NCBI RefSeq assembly: GCF_022539665.2
Contig: NC_081332.1
Location: forward strand, 6,386,001-6,450,000
Direction of reading: 5' to 3'
Length of the DNA: 64,000 bases
From: Daphnia carinata
Lineage: Eukaryota
This document shows positions 50,962-62,286 of this stretch, one piece after another (within the stretch, counting starts at the first letter, position 1; each line of letters starts with the position of its first letter). A program made the translations under genes and the position numbers. A model generated the notes under the pieces. That model was given only the letters and a program-made list of their open reading frames with translations, searched no databases and was not told the DNA's origin.

Positions 50962-52255
50962 TTAGTGTTTGCCCATCATATCGTACTGGATATTGCCTAA
51001 CGGATCATCCCTGTCGGAAATGTTCAGCGCTGGATGAGTGAAGGGGATGAGGGATCGGGTCCGGTTAAAGGTAATTTGGAGACTAAACGGAGAAAACAGC
51101 GAAACGAGGAAAACGTAAAATCATTCTACATATCAACGAAAAATAAACCAGATTTACTTGGTACAATGCAAGAGTTCCATTTCATCTAGATGATCTTCTA
51201 CTCGATCTTCAACGGGTAGCAACCTCCAATTGCTCGACAAAGAAGACGGTGTAAAATCAAAAATCTCCGACCACCGATTGGCGATTGTCGAATTCAGTCT
51301 GGCATTAGCAAAGTCATCTTTTGGGATAACAAGTTGAATGGATTTAGTTTATGAACAAAAACCCATAAAGTAATAGGTGAGAGGTTGGCAACTGATTGAA
51401 TCTTGTGTAACCTGTCAGAAATAATTTTGAATCTAAGCCACAACCTGTGAGAATCTTAAGCCAAATTAAGAATTCTAGGCCAAAATTTATTGTGAATCTA
51501 AGCCAAAATTTGGAAACCCGTACACTTTGCTAGGGAATTGCCAACCCCTCGGTAATCAAGCTTTCGGATTACCACGCTGCCCTGGATAATCGAGCGAAAT
51601 GCATTGAAACTTCATCGCGTAAGACACCTCGATGCTTGGTTGACTGCTACAAAAAATATAGCAGGTTATTTCATTACAATCTCTTGTTCGAAATTGTCCG
51701 CAAGACGTCACGACGAAACACTGACTGCAACTCCGTAAGAAAACGCTGTAATATAAACCAAAAAAATTGCATTATGTTGGTCCTCATATTTGATTCACTG
51801 AAAACAATTTATGATAGATGAATACCTGCCTCTGACTGGCCCCAGAATAATTTTGCAATCCATGCAATCATCGATAAAGATGCTATCGAACGTCCCTGTG
51901 ACAAGAATTAAGCATCGCCTACATCCGTCGATCGTAAATTGCTGTCCTTGGATGACGATGGTTCGATAAATGAATTGACCGTTCATATTTTCTAATTGAA
52001 ATTGGTCCGCATCAATTTCTATTTTTTTATCCCTGTGTTTTGAAACAAACATTCATGTAGTGGCCATGGAAATACAATAAAAATTCTAACATCAAATATG
52101 TTCAAACATAGTCTAGAAAACCAAACTAACCAAGAATAAACGGGCGGATGAATCGGAATCGCATTACTATGACGTATTGGGATCGTTACGTTATTGGCAT
52201 AATCGTTACACTGACTGCTGATCCAGTTTTGAATTAAGTTGAACACGTTACCCAT
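50962..52255 (-). CDS. RP2: RP2/XRP2-like protein (TBCC/C-CAP beta-helix, ARL3 GTPase-activating protein); C-terminus uncertain
   Basis: Exons 52255-52131, 52032-51826, 51745-51573, 51317-51158 and 51082-50962 give MGN...VYSWDKKIEID...GQQFTIDGC...IFIDDC...ILGPVRGSVFLRSC...CGQFRTRDC...QPSIE...NRWSEIFDFTP...NWRLLP. This is collinear with RP2 as I remember it (YSWD, GQQF, GPVKGSVF, QFR arginine finger, QPIIE, DFTP). The stop at 50962 assumes no further splicing. Confidence 0.88.
51379..51550. mobile_element. Candidate MITE (172 bp) in RP2 intron 3
   Basis: Terminal inverted repeats GAGAGGTTGGCAA / TTGCCAACCCCTC (12 of 13 match), GGT direct repeat on both flanks, and four internal copies of an AATCTAAGCCAAA-like unit. 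Confidence 0.6.
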
Positions 52256-52337
52256 AATATAGCGTTGATTTGCAAACTACAAAACCAGAACGCCGTCCAA
52301 AACGAACGGATGTCATTGTGTTGAAGAAGCCGTTGTC

Positions 52338-52350
52338 GTTGCCTAGCTAC
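52338..52350. promoter_or_regulatory. RFX X-box (GTTGCCTAGCTAC) upstream of RP2
   Basis: Perfect GTTGCC half-site, 1-nt spacer and near-perfect AGCTAC half-site, about 83 nt upstream of the ATG of a cilia-associated gene. Confidence 0.6.
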
Positions 52351-52550
52351 CCGAATTCCCACCCCACCTATCGACCCATAACGCAGCTAGTGGTACACAA
52401 TTTGAAGCAACCTTTATTTCGAATTTCACATAAACTAATTCACAAAACATAGCCTTATAATTGATTGGAAATGTGGGAACTGTAATCTAAGCACCAGAAC
52501 GAAAGACTTTACCTAAATGAAAAAAAAAACCTTTTCTTTTGCTTTAATTT

Positions 52551-55500
52551 TTACAATGCGAATGCTCGAATCAAGAGAAGTGAGAACAAAGAATTAAAAT
52601 AGAATGAAACACCAATGCGTTGGGCACCACTAGGAAGCGGCGTCGTAGCGCTTGTAGTCCTAGGCACTGTAGTAGGTGTCGTCGTGGTGGTGCGGGTGGT
52701 CTGCATGGATGTAGAAGATGTTGGCATAGTAGACGTTACTGTGCTGGTTCTTGTGGTGGTAACAGTTGATGGAACAGTAGTAGTTGTAATCGGTGGGGGC
52801 TCCGACCCAGTTAGATAAACCATGGGTGCAGCATAAGATTCAAATCCCTAAATCAGCAAATGATAGAAAATATGTCAGACTTGCATTGCTAAACATTTGC
52901 TGTAAAATGCTTGATATTTATATTCTGTGCATACCGTTGTACTTCTCGAACTGATTGTGAAATAAATCGTAGGAGGGGAAGGTCCAACTCGGGGCATTCT
53001 GACGGTCACCGTTTGTGCCTCGTATGGCGTTACAGGTGTTAACGTTCCGCCAATGATGTCACTAGCCATGATCACTACAGCTGACGTAGGGATAGTTCCT
53101 TTATCGTCGATGATGTCACTAGGATAACTGCTATAAGCCAGTCTGTACGACGCAACGGAGTCTGTCAAGTAATTACGCGTGTTAAAGTCGTTCGTTACAA
53201 TGTAGAGATAAAACGAACTCGCATACCATTTTTGCCGTAGCTATTTTGAGGAGCGGTCCAGTGGAACGTAACCTGATCATTAACCGGGTTGCTGTAATCG
53301 ATCCTAAAATCCATAATTCGAAGTGGTTTCTCCTACAAGTAGACGGTCATAAGAAGTTTCGCTTACAACGAAACTACAAAACAAAATTTTACCTCGTAAA
53401 AATTTGCTGCCTGTACTTGAAGTTTTGCAACATAGGGATACCAACGCTGGAAGGAGGTTGAAGAACCTCCTTCATTGAACGACGGATCTTCAGCTGTTTA
53501 GACGAAAATTATATTGGTAGAATGTTAATGTGAAAATCAAATTTGATATAAAATAGCTACTTTGATCGATGGGCATGGAGCGACTCGATGAATATTTAAA
53601 TGGCGCAAGTGGATTGGTTCTACGATAACCATCCAATCGAACAGAAATGCGGTAGTCGCCGTTGGACGGAGTAGTTGGAGGTCTATAGAATCCTGAATAG
53701 ATGCCGTCTTTCTCAAGCAAATCGGGATCTGATTTAAGAAAAACAAAACAATTCACGTAAATCGAGAAATCGTGTCTTCTACGAGATCACAACGACGTAC
53801 AAAGACCGTCGTCACGTAACGAGATGTTATCTGTGTTTCCAGTTGGTCCGTGAATCATGGCAACGGCAGACCTTAGTGCGCGGGAAACCGTGAAGCCTTT
53901 ACGAACTGAAGCGTAGACCAGAAAAGAAGTTTCTTCGTTAACAGCAGCCATGTTAAGAAGACCTTTAAAGTTGACGATACAAAAAATAATGAAAAAATTT
54001 GATTTTAAGTTGTTGAAACGACAAAGACAAAGTCATACCGCTATTTCCGTTGGTGTACACTTCAACCTCGACAACTCGATTTTTGGGTTGGCCTCCTCCG
54101 CCAATATAAACGGGAACAGTGTTACCTAGAACTTCAATAGCCTCCACATAGCCTGCCATGTCAGTACCTAACGTGTGGACCGAATATGTGGCAGTCACAG
54201 CATTTGATACCTACTCAGAACAGAAGAATCTTTAGCATTTTTTTTTTCATTTGGATTGTACTTTGAAAAAGTTTCATTACCGGTGTTAGACGAAATGTGT
54301 GAACTTTGTATTTTCTATCCCAACTCAAATATAGTTGCGAGTGTTCTGATGATGACAACGTATAGGTCATACCATTCGTGTTGTTAACATAGATTTCGTA
54401 GTCACCAGTTCGTGAAACGGGTACGAAAAAATGCAACTCTATCACGCTAGGCATGAAGTCCACAGTGTAAAATCCCCGGAAAGGTGTTGAAGCAAGAGTC
54501 GTGAACTGATCACGCACAAGCTGTAAAAATAAGAACAGATGCATATCAGTGAGGGTATATATCATAATAAGCTGTTGATTTTCATTTTACTTGAATTCTT
54601 CGGTTTTGATACCGTGATTCCTGGACGAGTTCAAGAGCCTTATTTATTACGCTTGAGAAAACGGTTTGATAGTTTGTGGAATCGGCAGGAAAATGGGTTC
54701 CACCGGACATTAACGTGCTCCTGCTGAGCACATTGTTGCTGCCGAATTCGAACGTTACAAGGCGTGCACTTCGCGAATTTAGTAAATGAGTAGCCTCGCA
54801 TTCCACGTTCATTTGTTGTACTCCGGTGATGTCGTTCAGTTTAACCAACAGAGCGATTGACCCCGACAGATGAGTGAACTCGGTCAAAATGTCCCCAACG
54901 TCCAGAATGGCTTTCTCTAATAACAACCCTTGCCCAGCCGATCGAGTCAATCCGTTCAGCTTATTCACCAAAATTGGCTCGTTTGTAGACACCTACATGT
55001 TTTACAGTGCAATAAATAAAATATGTAACTCAATGTTAATTTTTCAGCCTTACCAATACGGGAGATTGTATTTCAGTTAGATATCCACCTAAACGACCAT
55101 TCGAGGTAACGACAGACCCGCCCATAGTTGCGATGCCTACAAAAGATCTGGGACTGTTCGCGGCTAGTTGTGGAATCATCCTTTGGGCTATTTCTGTCTT
55201 AATGTAATTAAACACAGTCTAAAGTAAAACAGATTCACGTTAGGGTGGCCTATTCCACTTATTCTTCCGTTAATAAAATACATTATCGGGTAAAGTGTGA
55301 TTAGACGCGTCCAGGACTATGTAAATTGCTTGCGATGCACGGACTAGATAATTGAACTGCGGTGTCGTGGTCGTGGTGTTAGCCAGAGGACTCAGGTTGT
55401 TGAAATCGGGATTCTTTTTAATGACCGTTTTGGTACTCCGATTGCGACACCAGTAGTTTTGCTTGTTCGGAGCTGCTCGGTCATGATTTTTTTCGTCGGA

Positions 55501-56789
55501 AAACTTGGAGACCTAAGGAATAAAAAAAATATTATGAGACGAATAAGAAAATGAAAAGATTTTCTTATACCGTAGGTAAAAATGGCATAAACATCAAGGA
55601 CGATGACGGTCCTGTTGTTGCAGTCATATCGGGGATGAATCTGCAACTGAGATCACCTGTCTCGGTTGGGGTATTGGGATAAGTGCAACTTCCTCCCATC
55701 CTACACGCCAACGTGCAACCCGTCAATTATTCTATGTTCTTTGAGATTCAATTATTTTGATGACGGTGACTCACGAATTCTGGTAAGAGCCTTCTATCTT
55801 GCTGTCGTTGGACCCTGTCAGCTGCCATTCGCCTCGAGGATTTAAGAAAGTGTACGGGAATTTGGCACCTAGGTCGATATACGTCTCCGGAATACCATGC
55901 TCATCATGAACTCCGTATCGGTAATGGGCGAATTCGTGAAGTATTACCTTAGCTATTGTAAAATTCATAATAAAATCAAAAGAACACGAATGTTACACTG
56001 TTCGTAACAATCTAAATCGGCTAATACATGTCAACATACTGTATCTTACCGCCTAGAAAACGAGAATGTATGTTTAAACATAACAACCTTGAGTTGTTTT
56101 AATCCTAAAAGATTTACAGTCGTCTCCAAACGCCACCAATTATATAGCTTACCTTTATCGCCATACTTGGCGACAGTTGCACCATTGACGTCGAGGAAAA
56201 ACTGGGGCGGTGCAATGATGTATTCACCTGGCTGGCCGCACATTTTAGAACTGTAGGACCGCGCTGATTCGATCAGAGATTCAGGATCATTTGAATTTTT
56301 GGTGGTCTCAATTCGCATATCAGCGTTCAAGTAATTGTGCCTTTAACGTTCCAATATTAAAATATAGTTCTAATCACTCCATTCAAATTAATAAAACATT
56401 TTTTTTTACTTGGATGTCGGCGTGACGCCACTAAGGATACTGATCCATGAACTTGGCACTAAAATGTTGACTTTTTGTAAGTAGAGTATGTTATCGGTTG
56501 CGTCAAAAAGCATTTTAGACGTAGATGTCAACGTCGCCTGTTTTGATCAGAAAAAAAATTAAACAGCTGTTTAGTATATACTCATCTAATTTAGAGTTCA
56601 AAACAGCAAAATCACTCTGAGCGCGTTAAGGAAGGGAAGCCGTTGATCGTCTGCGATATCCATTGCATCCTCGGAGATTGCAACAGTGAATTCGTAACCG
56701 TGTCCGTCCAAGCTGATGGCTGCGCTCGATCCCAACAAGATCCCCAAAACGAAAAATGCGAAAGCCAATCGAATGGCTGTTAACGACAT
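52551..56789 (-). CDS. CLCA-family (calcium-activated chloride channel regulator-like) zinc metalloprotease with vWA domain, FN3-like region, Thr-rich stalk and hydrophobic C-terminus
   Basis: About 16 short exons. Signal peptide MSLTAIRLAFAFFVLGILLGSSAA. CLCA motifs ISLDGHGYEFTVAIS, SKMLFDAT...KVNILVPSSW, CGQPGEYI, KVILHEFAHYRYGVHDEH (HEXXH+E), vWA strand IYIVLDAS, DPDLLEKDGIYSGF, FHWTAP. Last exon 52847-52551 encodes the Thr/Pro stalk and FYFNSLFSLLLIRAFAL. Some internal exon boundaries are approximate. Confidence 0.9.
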
Positions 56790-59449
56790 GGTGTTCTGCG
56801 GTAAAAATTTACAGACAAAAAGTATCCGACACAATAAGGTCTATTTCGTACTGTCACCGAGAATAAACTAAAATGATTTCAGTTCACTTTGTGGCTTTTA
56901 CATTTAAGGTTGGCTGTAAAAAAAAATGTCCTCGTTTGACCACCTCCTACGGCAGCAAGATAAGGTAGAAGAAAGCTTTTCTCTATCAAACTCCTGTGGA
57001 TAGACGGCTAAGCTTTGTCTCAAAGTGTTTGACTTATATTGTTTAACCTCATGAAATAATCAAGAGGGCTAGTTTGAAATAGATATGCCAAAAGCGTTGA
57101 AAGAACATCCCTATTACCAAACTTAAAGGTCTTAAGCTTATTTGTGTTCTTTTTGACCCGTTTTAGTCGGATGACGCACTACAAGGCGTTTTGCAATAGC
57201 CTTTTTTTTCACTTTAAGGATATAAGCCTGTCATAAATCCCACAATCCAAAATCCGCATTCGCAGGGTAAATAAGATTTGTTTGGTACTTTATCATGAAC
57301 TGACAAGACATGCAGACGCAGGCATAAACAGAATTTGCGTAGTCGTCTGATGCCGCCGATGTTTGCAATCACCGAGATATGTTCTGATCCAATTTAAAAA
57401 ACTAACATGTGAGTGAACGAATCTTCATTTTCTATGTGGTAAAAGGATAGATTGTTACGATGGCGTTTCTGTGTTGAAACTTTGCCATGCTTGACTCACT
57501 CATATTATCTCGACAGCAGGATTAAGTGTTGACTTGTGAAAACGAAGGCTTATTCTTTTGCTTCATACGTCACTTCGTGTCGACCACCTGCTGATAAGTT
57601 GACTCATTTGTATTTTAGTTTTGTGGCATCCATTGTGAAAGAAGGATGACGCAAGCGCTGGAAGACTTAGGGTCCAATAAAAGAAAAAGAACCGTGAAAC
57701 AGTGCAATATTACAGTGCATATGTGCAAGGCTGCCGTGAGTCTTACTTGCCACCAGCTGCACATTATCACACACACATACGTTGAGCAGCTCTCACCTGT
57801 TGTGTCCTTGGAAATTATGAAAAAAAGAAAAATACCCGAGTGTTGTTATCATTATGTGTAGAAGCCAGACGGTTTGTCATCACTCTGTCACAGAAAATTA
57901 TATTCTTTTGTCGGCGTTATGTTCTTTACGGCTCCATGTTTTAATCTGCTGCAATGATATCGAAACGCTTCCTACGACATCTCAACTGGTTTCGTATGCC
58001 CGGCATTTTCTAACAACGTAAAGTATAATAAAAATGAAACTATTACCGCGTAAGATGGTGTATTGTTGAGTACGTTCATTTGACACTCATCGACTCGAGA
58101 GAGAAAATGAAAAAAAAAAAATACCATATCGGCCAAGCCCATCCGGCTTTCTTTCCTCCACTTTCCCGTCAGTACGACGTTACAAAAGATGATGAGAAAA
58201 ATGAACCGTATTTTGCAAACGAGTTTTCAAAAACAATGAAAGGAGAGGGGAGTGGGAGAGACGGAGCAGGCATTCAGGGAAGAGGCATACATTCAACATT
58301 ATTCAAAATGATGTTTCCAAAATGCACCCCATATCTGAAAAAAGAAGTTCGAAATTCTTTTTGTTTTTCTTCGAACAAGGATGAATTAACTTTAACAGCG
58401 CTTTTTTTCTTTTTTCTCTCCTCTTTCAATCAATTAAAAACAAATCGCCTAACTATCACAGCAATGAACCCTCCGATAGTTTGAGCTGGTGTTGTTTTTC
58501 TGGGATATAAGAACAGATTAGTTTCCCCTTACTATGAATTACAAAAAAAGGATTTGGCGTTTAGAAACAATTATCCATAATTTCAACTAAGCCTTCGGTA
58601 CTAACACAATAGAAAGACAAAATTCTAGAAGAGATGATACAAGAAGACAAATGAACGCGTTTCCGCAGCATCGGATCGCGATGGCACTTCTTAATAATAA
58701 GTCGTTCAACAATTGGCAACGTAATGGTTTTTTTCTTTTTTTTTTGTTTCAGAATCATGGGGAAGATCCCTCAGGTATTTCCTCTTGATTGGAACATCCG
58801 CACTCTCTCTGGCGCACAATAACGCTAAACTTATAGAAATGCGTCAGACTCTCCTACCTAATACAGGTGAAAGATTGAACCGTCAAGTCAAGGCACGTCA
58901 ATGTACAACGTAACACACTAAACAAGATACATTTTAAACAATCGTCCCCCACGCCAAAGCAAGAATTGAAAATTAAAAAAAGAAAAACTGATCATTTTAA
59001 AACAACAAAATGCAGGCAAACGAGGAGATAAAACTAACGTAAGTTATACGCTATTATCAACGAAAAAAAGCAACAACGGGGGGAAAAAAATGAAATCATC
59101 TAGCATTAGCTAGAATCCATTACGTGATCCAACGTAAACAGTTCCTGAAAAAAAATTAAAAAGAAAGTTTGGATTTGAAACTAAAAAATATGGCCATAAT
59201 TACAAACGAATTGTTGTAATTTACCATAGTAAAAGAACATAAAAGATTAGGTTGAATCAAAGACAACGCAAAAGAAGGTATGGAAGACCGCAGGACTTTG
59301 TTGTTGATAAGGCTATGGCAATAAAAGAAAAAAAAACCCGGTTCAATCCCCCCCCCCCTTCCCTTTCTGAGCGAGCGAATCCAATTTAAAGTAAAACAAC
59401 CAACTAAACAACCATTAAAAAATAGAGTAGGATACGACGATCTGATAAA

Positions 59450-62286
59450 TCAAGATTCCGACGGGGAAGATGAAACGGACCGTGTCCTTGCGGAAGTTGG
59501 CTCTTCATTTTTATCGCCCATTTCAGCTTCTTCGTATCCTTCTTCTTCTTCCTTTTTTACAACAGGTTTCGATTTCTCGTCCGTATCCTCCTGATCAGCA
59601 CGATTCGTATCGTCTTTCGGCTCCTCTTTAACCTTCTCTCGCTCTTTCCGATGGTTACTGAGGTGTATATGAGGTCCCGGAGTAAAAAGCGGTGAGCGCA
59701 ACGGATTGGAGAAGGAGAGCGGCGCCGTGAAAGGGAAAGCCGGAACGGGAAAGGTAAAATGAGAAGGCGAAAGGGACGGGAGAGCGGACGAACTAGGAAA
59801 GGCACTGAGCAACGGGGCCGAAGATGGAGGCCCATCGCTTCCGCTCTCTCCACTCACGCTGCCGGACGAACCTTTGCTGTTGATGGGATAACGAGGGCTA
59901 CTGGCTACCGCTAACGGGCTGAGCGAGCTCCAAAAATGTAGTTGAGCTGTATTGAGGGCGTGACTGTGCGGATGTGGTAGCGGAGTGGCTAATGGAATAA
60001 ACGGAGAAGGGTAGTTTGGGAAGAGACTAGGCGACGGAAGAGGAGCGGGAAAATTGCTAAAGAACGGCGTCTGAAGCGAGGGTGAATGAGGAGGTTTGCT
60101 CATTGTGGCGTGATTGTGCGAAGAGACTGATGGGGATGAAGAAGGAGCAGGTGAATTTAAGGTAGACGGTGATAACGAAGAACACGGTGAGGAGCTCAGT
60201 GGACTGGAAACGGGCGGCATATTTCCACCTCGGTAGTGTGAAAGAGACGAATCAGGAAGAACTAATGGCCGCGGTTTAGGTCTAGCTTTTGGCCGAGATA
60301 ATCGATTGCCAACGAAATCGTTGCTCGCCTCCTTGTACAAGAAATAAACAATAAAAACCATTTTAGCTAACGACATAACTAATCTAAACAGCAACCTTTA
60401 CCGAATGGTTGTTGAGGCGACTCTGTGAAGCAGTAGCAGTAGTTTTCATGCTTAAATCAGTAGCTTCAGTTTGCTCGCTTTTGACCCGTTTCATCCGATC
60501 TAGCTCTAGATTTTCCGCATCATTGGCTGTACGCTTGGCCTTCTTCTCGTCGGCCGTGTCGGCACTTAAATTGAGCGGCACAGTCGTATCCCTGTCAGTT
60601 CTGTCGTTAGAGTTCTGTCCCCCGTCCGGGAACGCTGTTTGTTCAAAAATCAATAACAATATATAGTGGAACAAATAGAAATTGCCCGTTTAGCATACGA
60701 ACCAGAACTGATGGCACTACTCTGACGAGCAGATGTTAAATCTTCACTAATTCTCTTGGCCGAATCTTTGACATCACATGGTTTGGTGTCTGACAATTTG
60801 GAACTTAGATTGAGTCCATAATCAGGTGGTAGTGTATAGGCAGGTAAGGATGGGTTAACGACGTGAACACTGTTGTTGTTATTGAACTGTAGAGGCGTTG
60901 TTGTGGATATGGGTCGGACCAACCCGGGAACCTCCCCGCTCGGAGCGTACGCTACCAGAATAATAATATGTACATTTTCGGTTCAAGAAATGTAGCAGTA
61001 ATATGATCGCATTACCTAATCTAGCAATGGATTGCATTCCCATTCCATTGAGATAGTACCCCGGTAGGCCGATTGCCTGTGGGTTGGATGAGCACACTTT
61101 CTCGGCAAGTTGTTTGTTGTTTTCACGGATGGCAGCAGCGTTTTCTTCTTCTTCTTGCTTCTCAGATTTCATGATCATTCGATTCGCCAATGAGGGCGAT
61201 GAATATGATAACTTATCCGCTTTCATCACTTCCGGATATGACACGAATCTAATTGTAAAAAAGAAAGAATTAAATTTACGCTAGTAGTCAAGTGGCATGT
61301 TTTACAATGAGGTTAGTGACACTTATTTCCTGTTGACACTTCAGAATGCACAGCTTCTCTAGATTCAATTCCAATCGTGTCACAACAAACCCACACCTAA
61401 AAATACCAAAATAATTTTCGAAAATTACCTGTAGACAAATTTCTGCCCCATGACTTTCCTGATGATGTTTTTGTCATAATAATATCGAAGGGCTCTGCTT
61501 AATTTGTCGTAATTCATGTTGGCTTTGTTTTTACGCTGTCCCCACAAACGCGCAACAGCTTCGGCGTCGAGAAGTTTGAATTCGCCTTCTTCCCCAGTCC
61601 ATGATATGAGATGGGCATGCTGAGATCCACCCAGCAACAACTCGAGAAGAAACTGCCATAAAGTCACATTCGAGTCTGAGGCAATTGCACCACTTCCACT
61701 GCCAAGCGGATTCAGACCGCTACTTTGGCTCATTGCATTTGAAGCACCTGGAAAACCTGGAAACAATAGCACTCTATTAACACTGTTTGCAATAATATTC
61801 GTCAAGTACCACTTAGAGATCAATAATCCTCAAAACCAAACTTCACCTGATGCCTGATTGAAAGTATTGATACAACATTGCAGACAACACACACACATGT
61901 GCAACGAAAAGCTAAACGGGACTAAGCAGAAAGATGAGATGGACAAATTCTCAGATAGAGAGAGGAAGACAGAAGGAGAGAGAGGAAAGGACTGGCTGGA
62001 TCCTGAATAAAGCTAAAACCTTTCAAGTGCCTGCAGCCATCAATAAGTTTCATTTAAAGACCCATTTGATCCCATGACTGCAGTAATTGGCTCAATAGGT
62101 CCCTTCCTGTTGAAAGGAATCACACAGGAAAGCCCAGCAGTTGAAAGATAAATAAAAAGATCCAGTCTTGGATAGAATATTTGGAATAAGAGAACTGATC
62201 TTCAACTATGTCTAGTTTCCTGTCCACATACCTAATAAGGCCTCACCAGCTGCAACATCTTCATCTTCAGCCTCTTCAACTCTCAT
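59450..62286 (-). CDS. ETS transcription factor of the Elk/ternary complex factor subfamily (Elk1/3/4, LIN-1-like)
   Basis: Exons 62286-62247 (tentative first coding exon; alternative start at ATG 61733), 61756-61429, 61248-61016, 60951-60703, 60634-60402, 60331-59450. ETS domain [14 protein letters not shown]...[36 protein letters not shown] (TCF signature). MAPK D-site [12 protein letters not shown]-domain [12 protein letters not shown] site FTFP, CtBP motif PLNLS. Confidence 0.92.
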
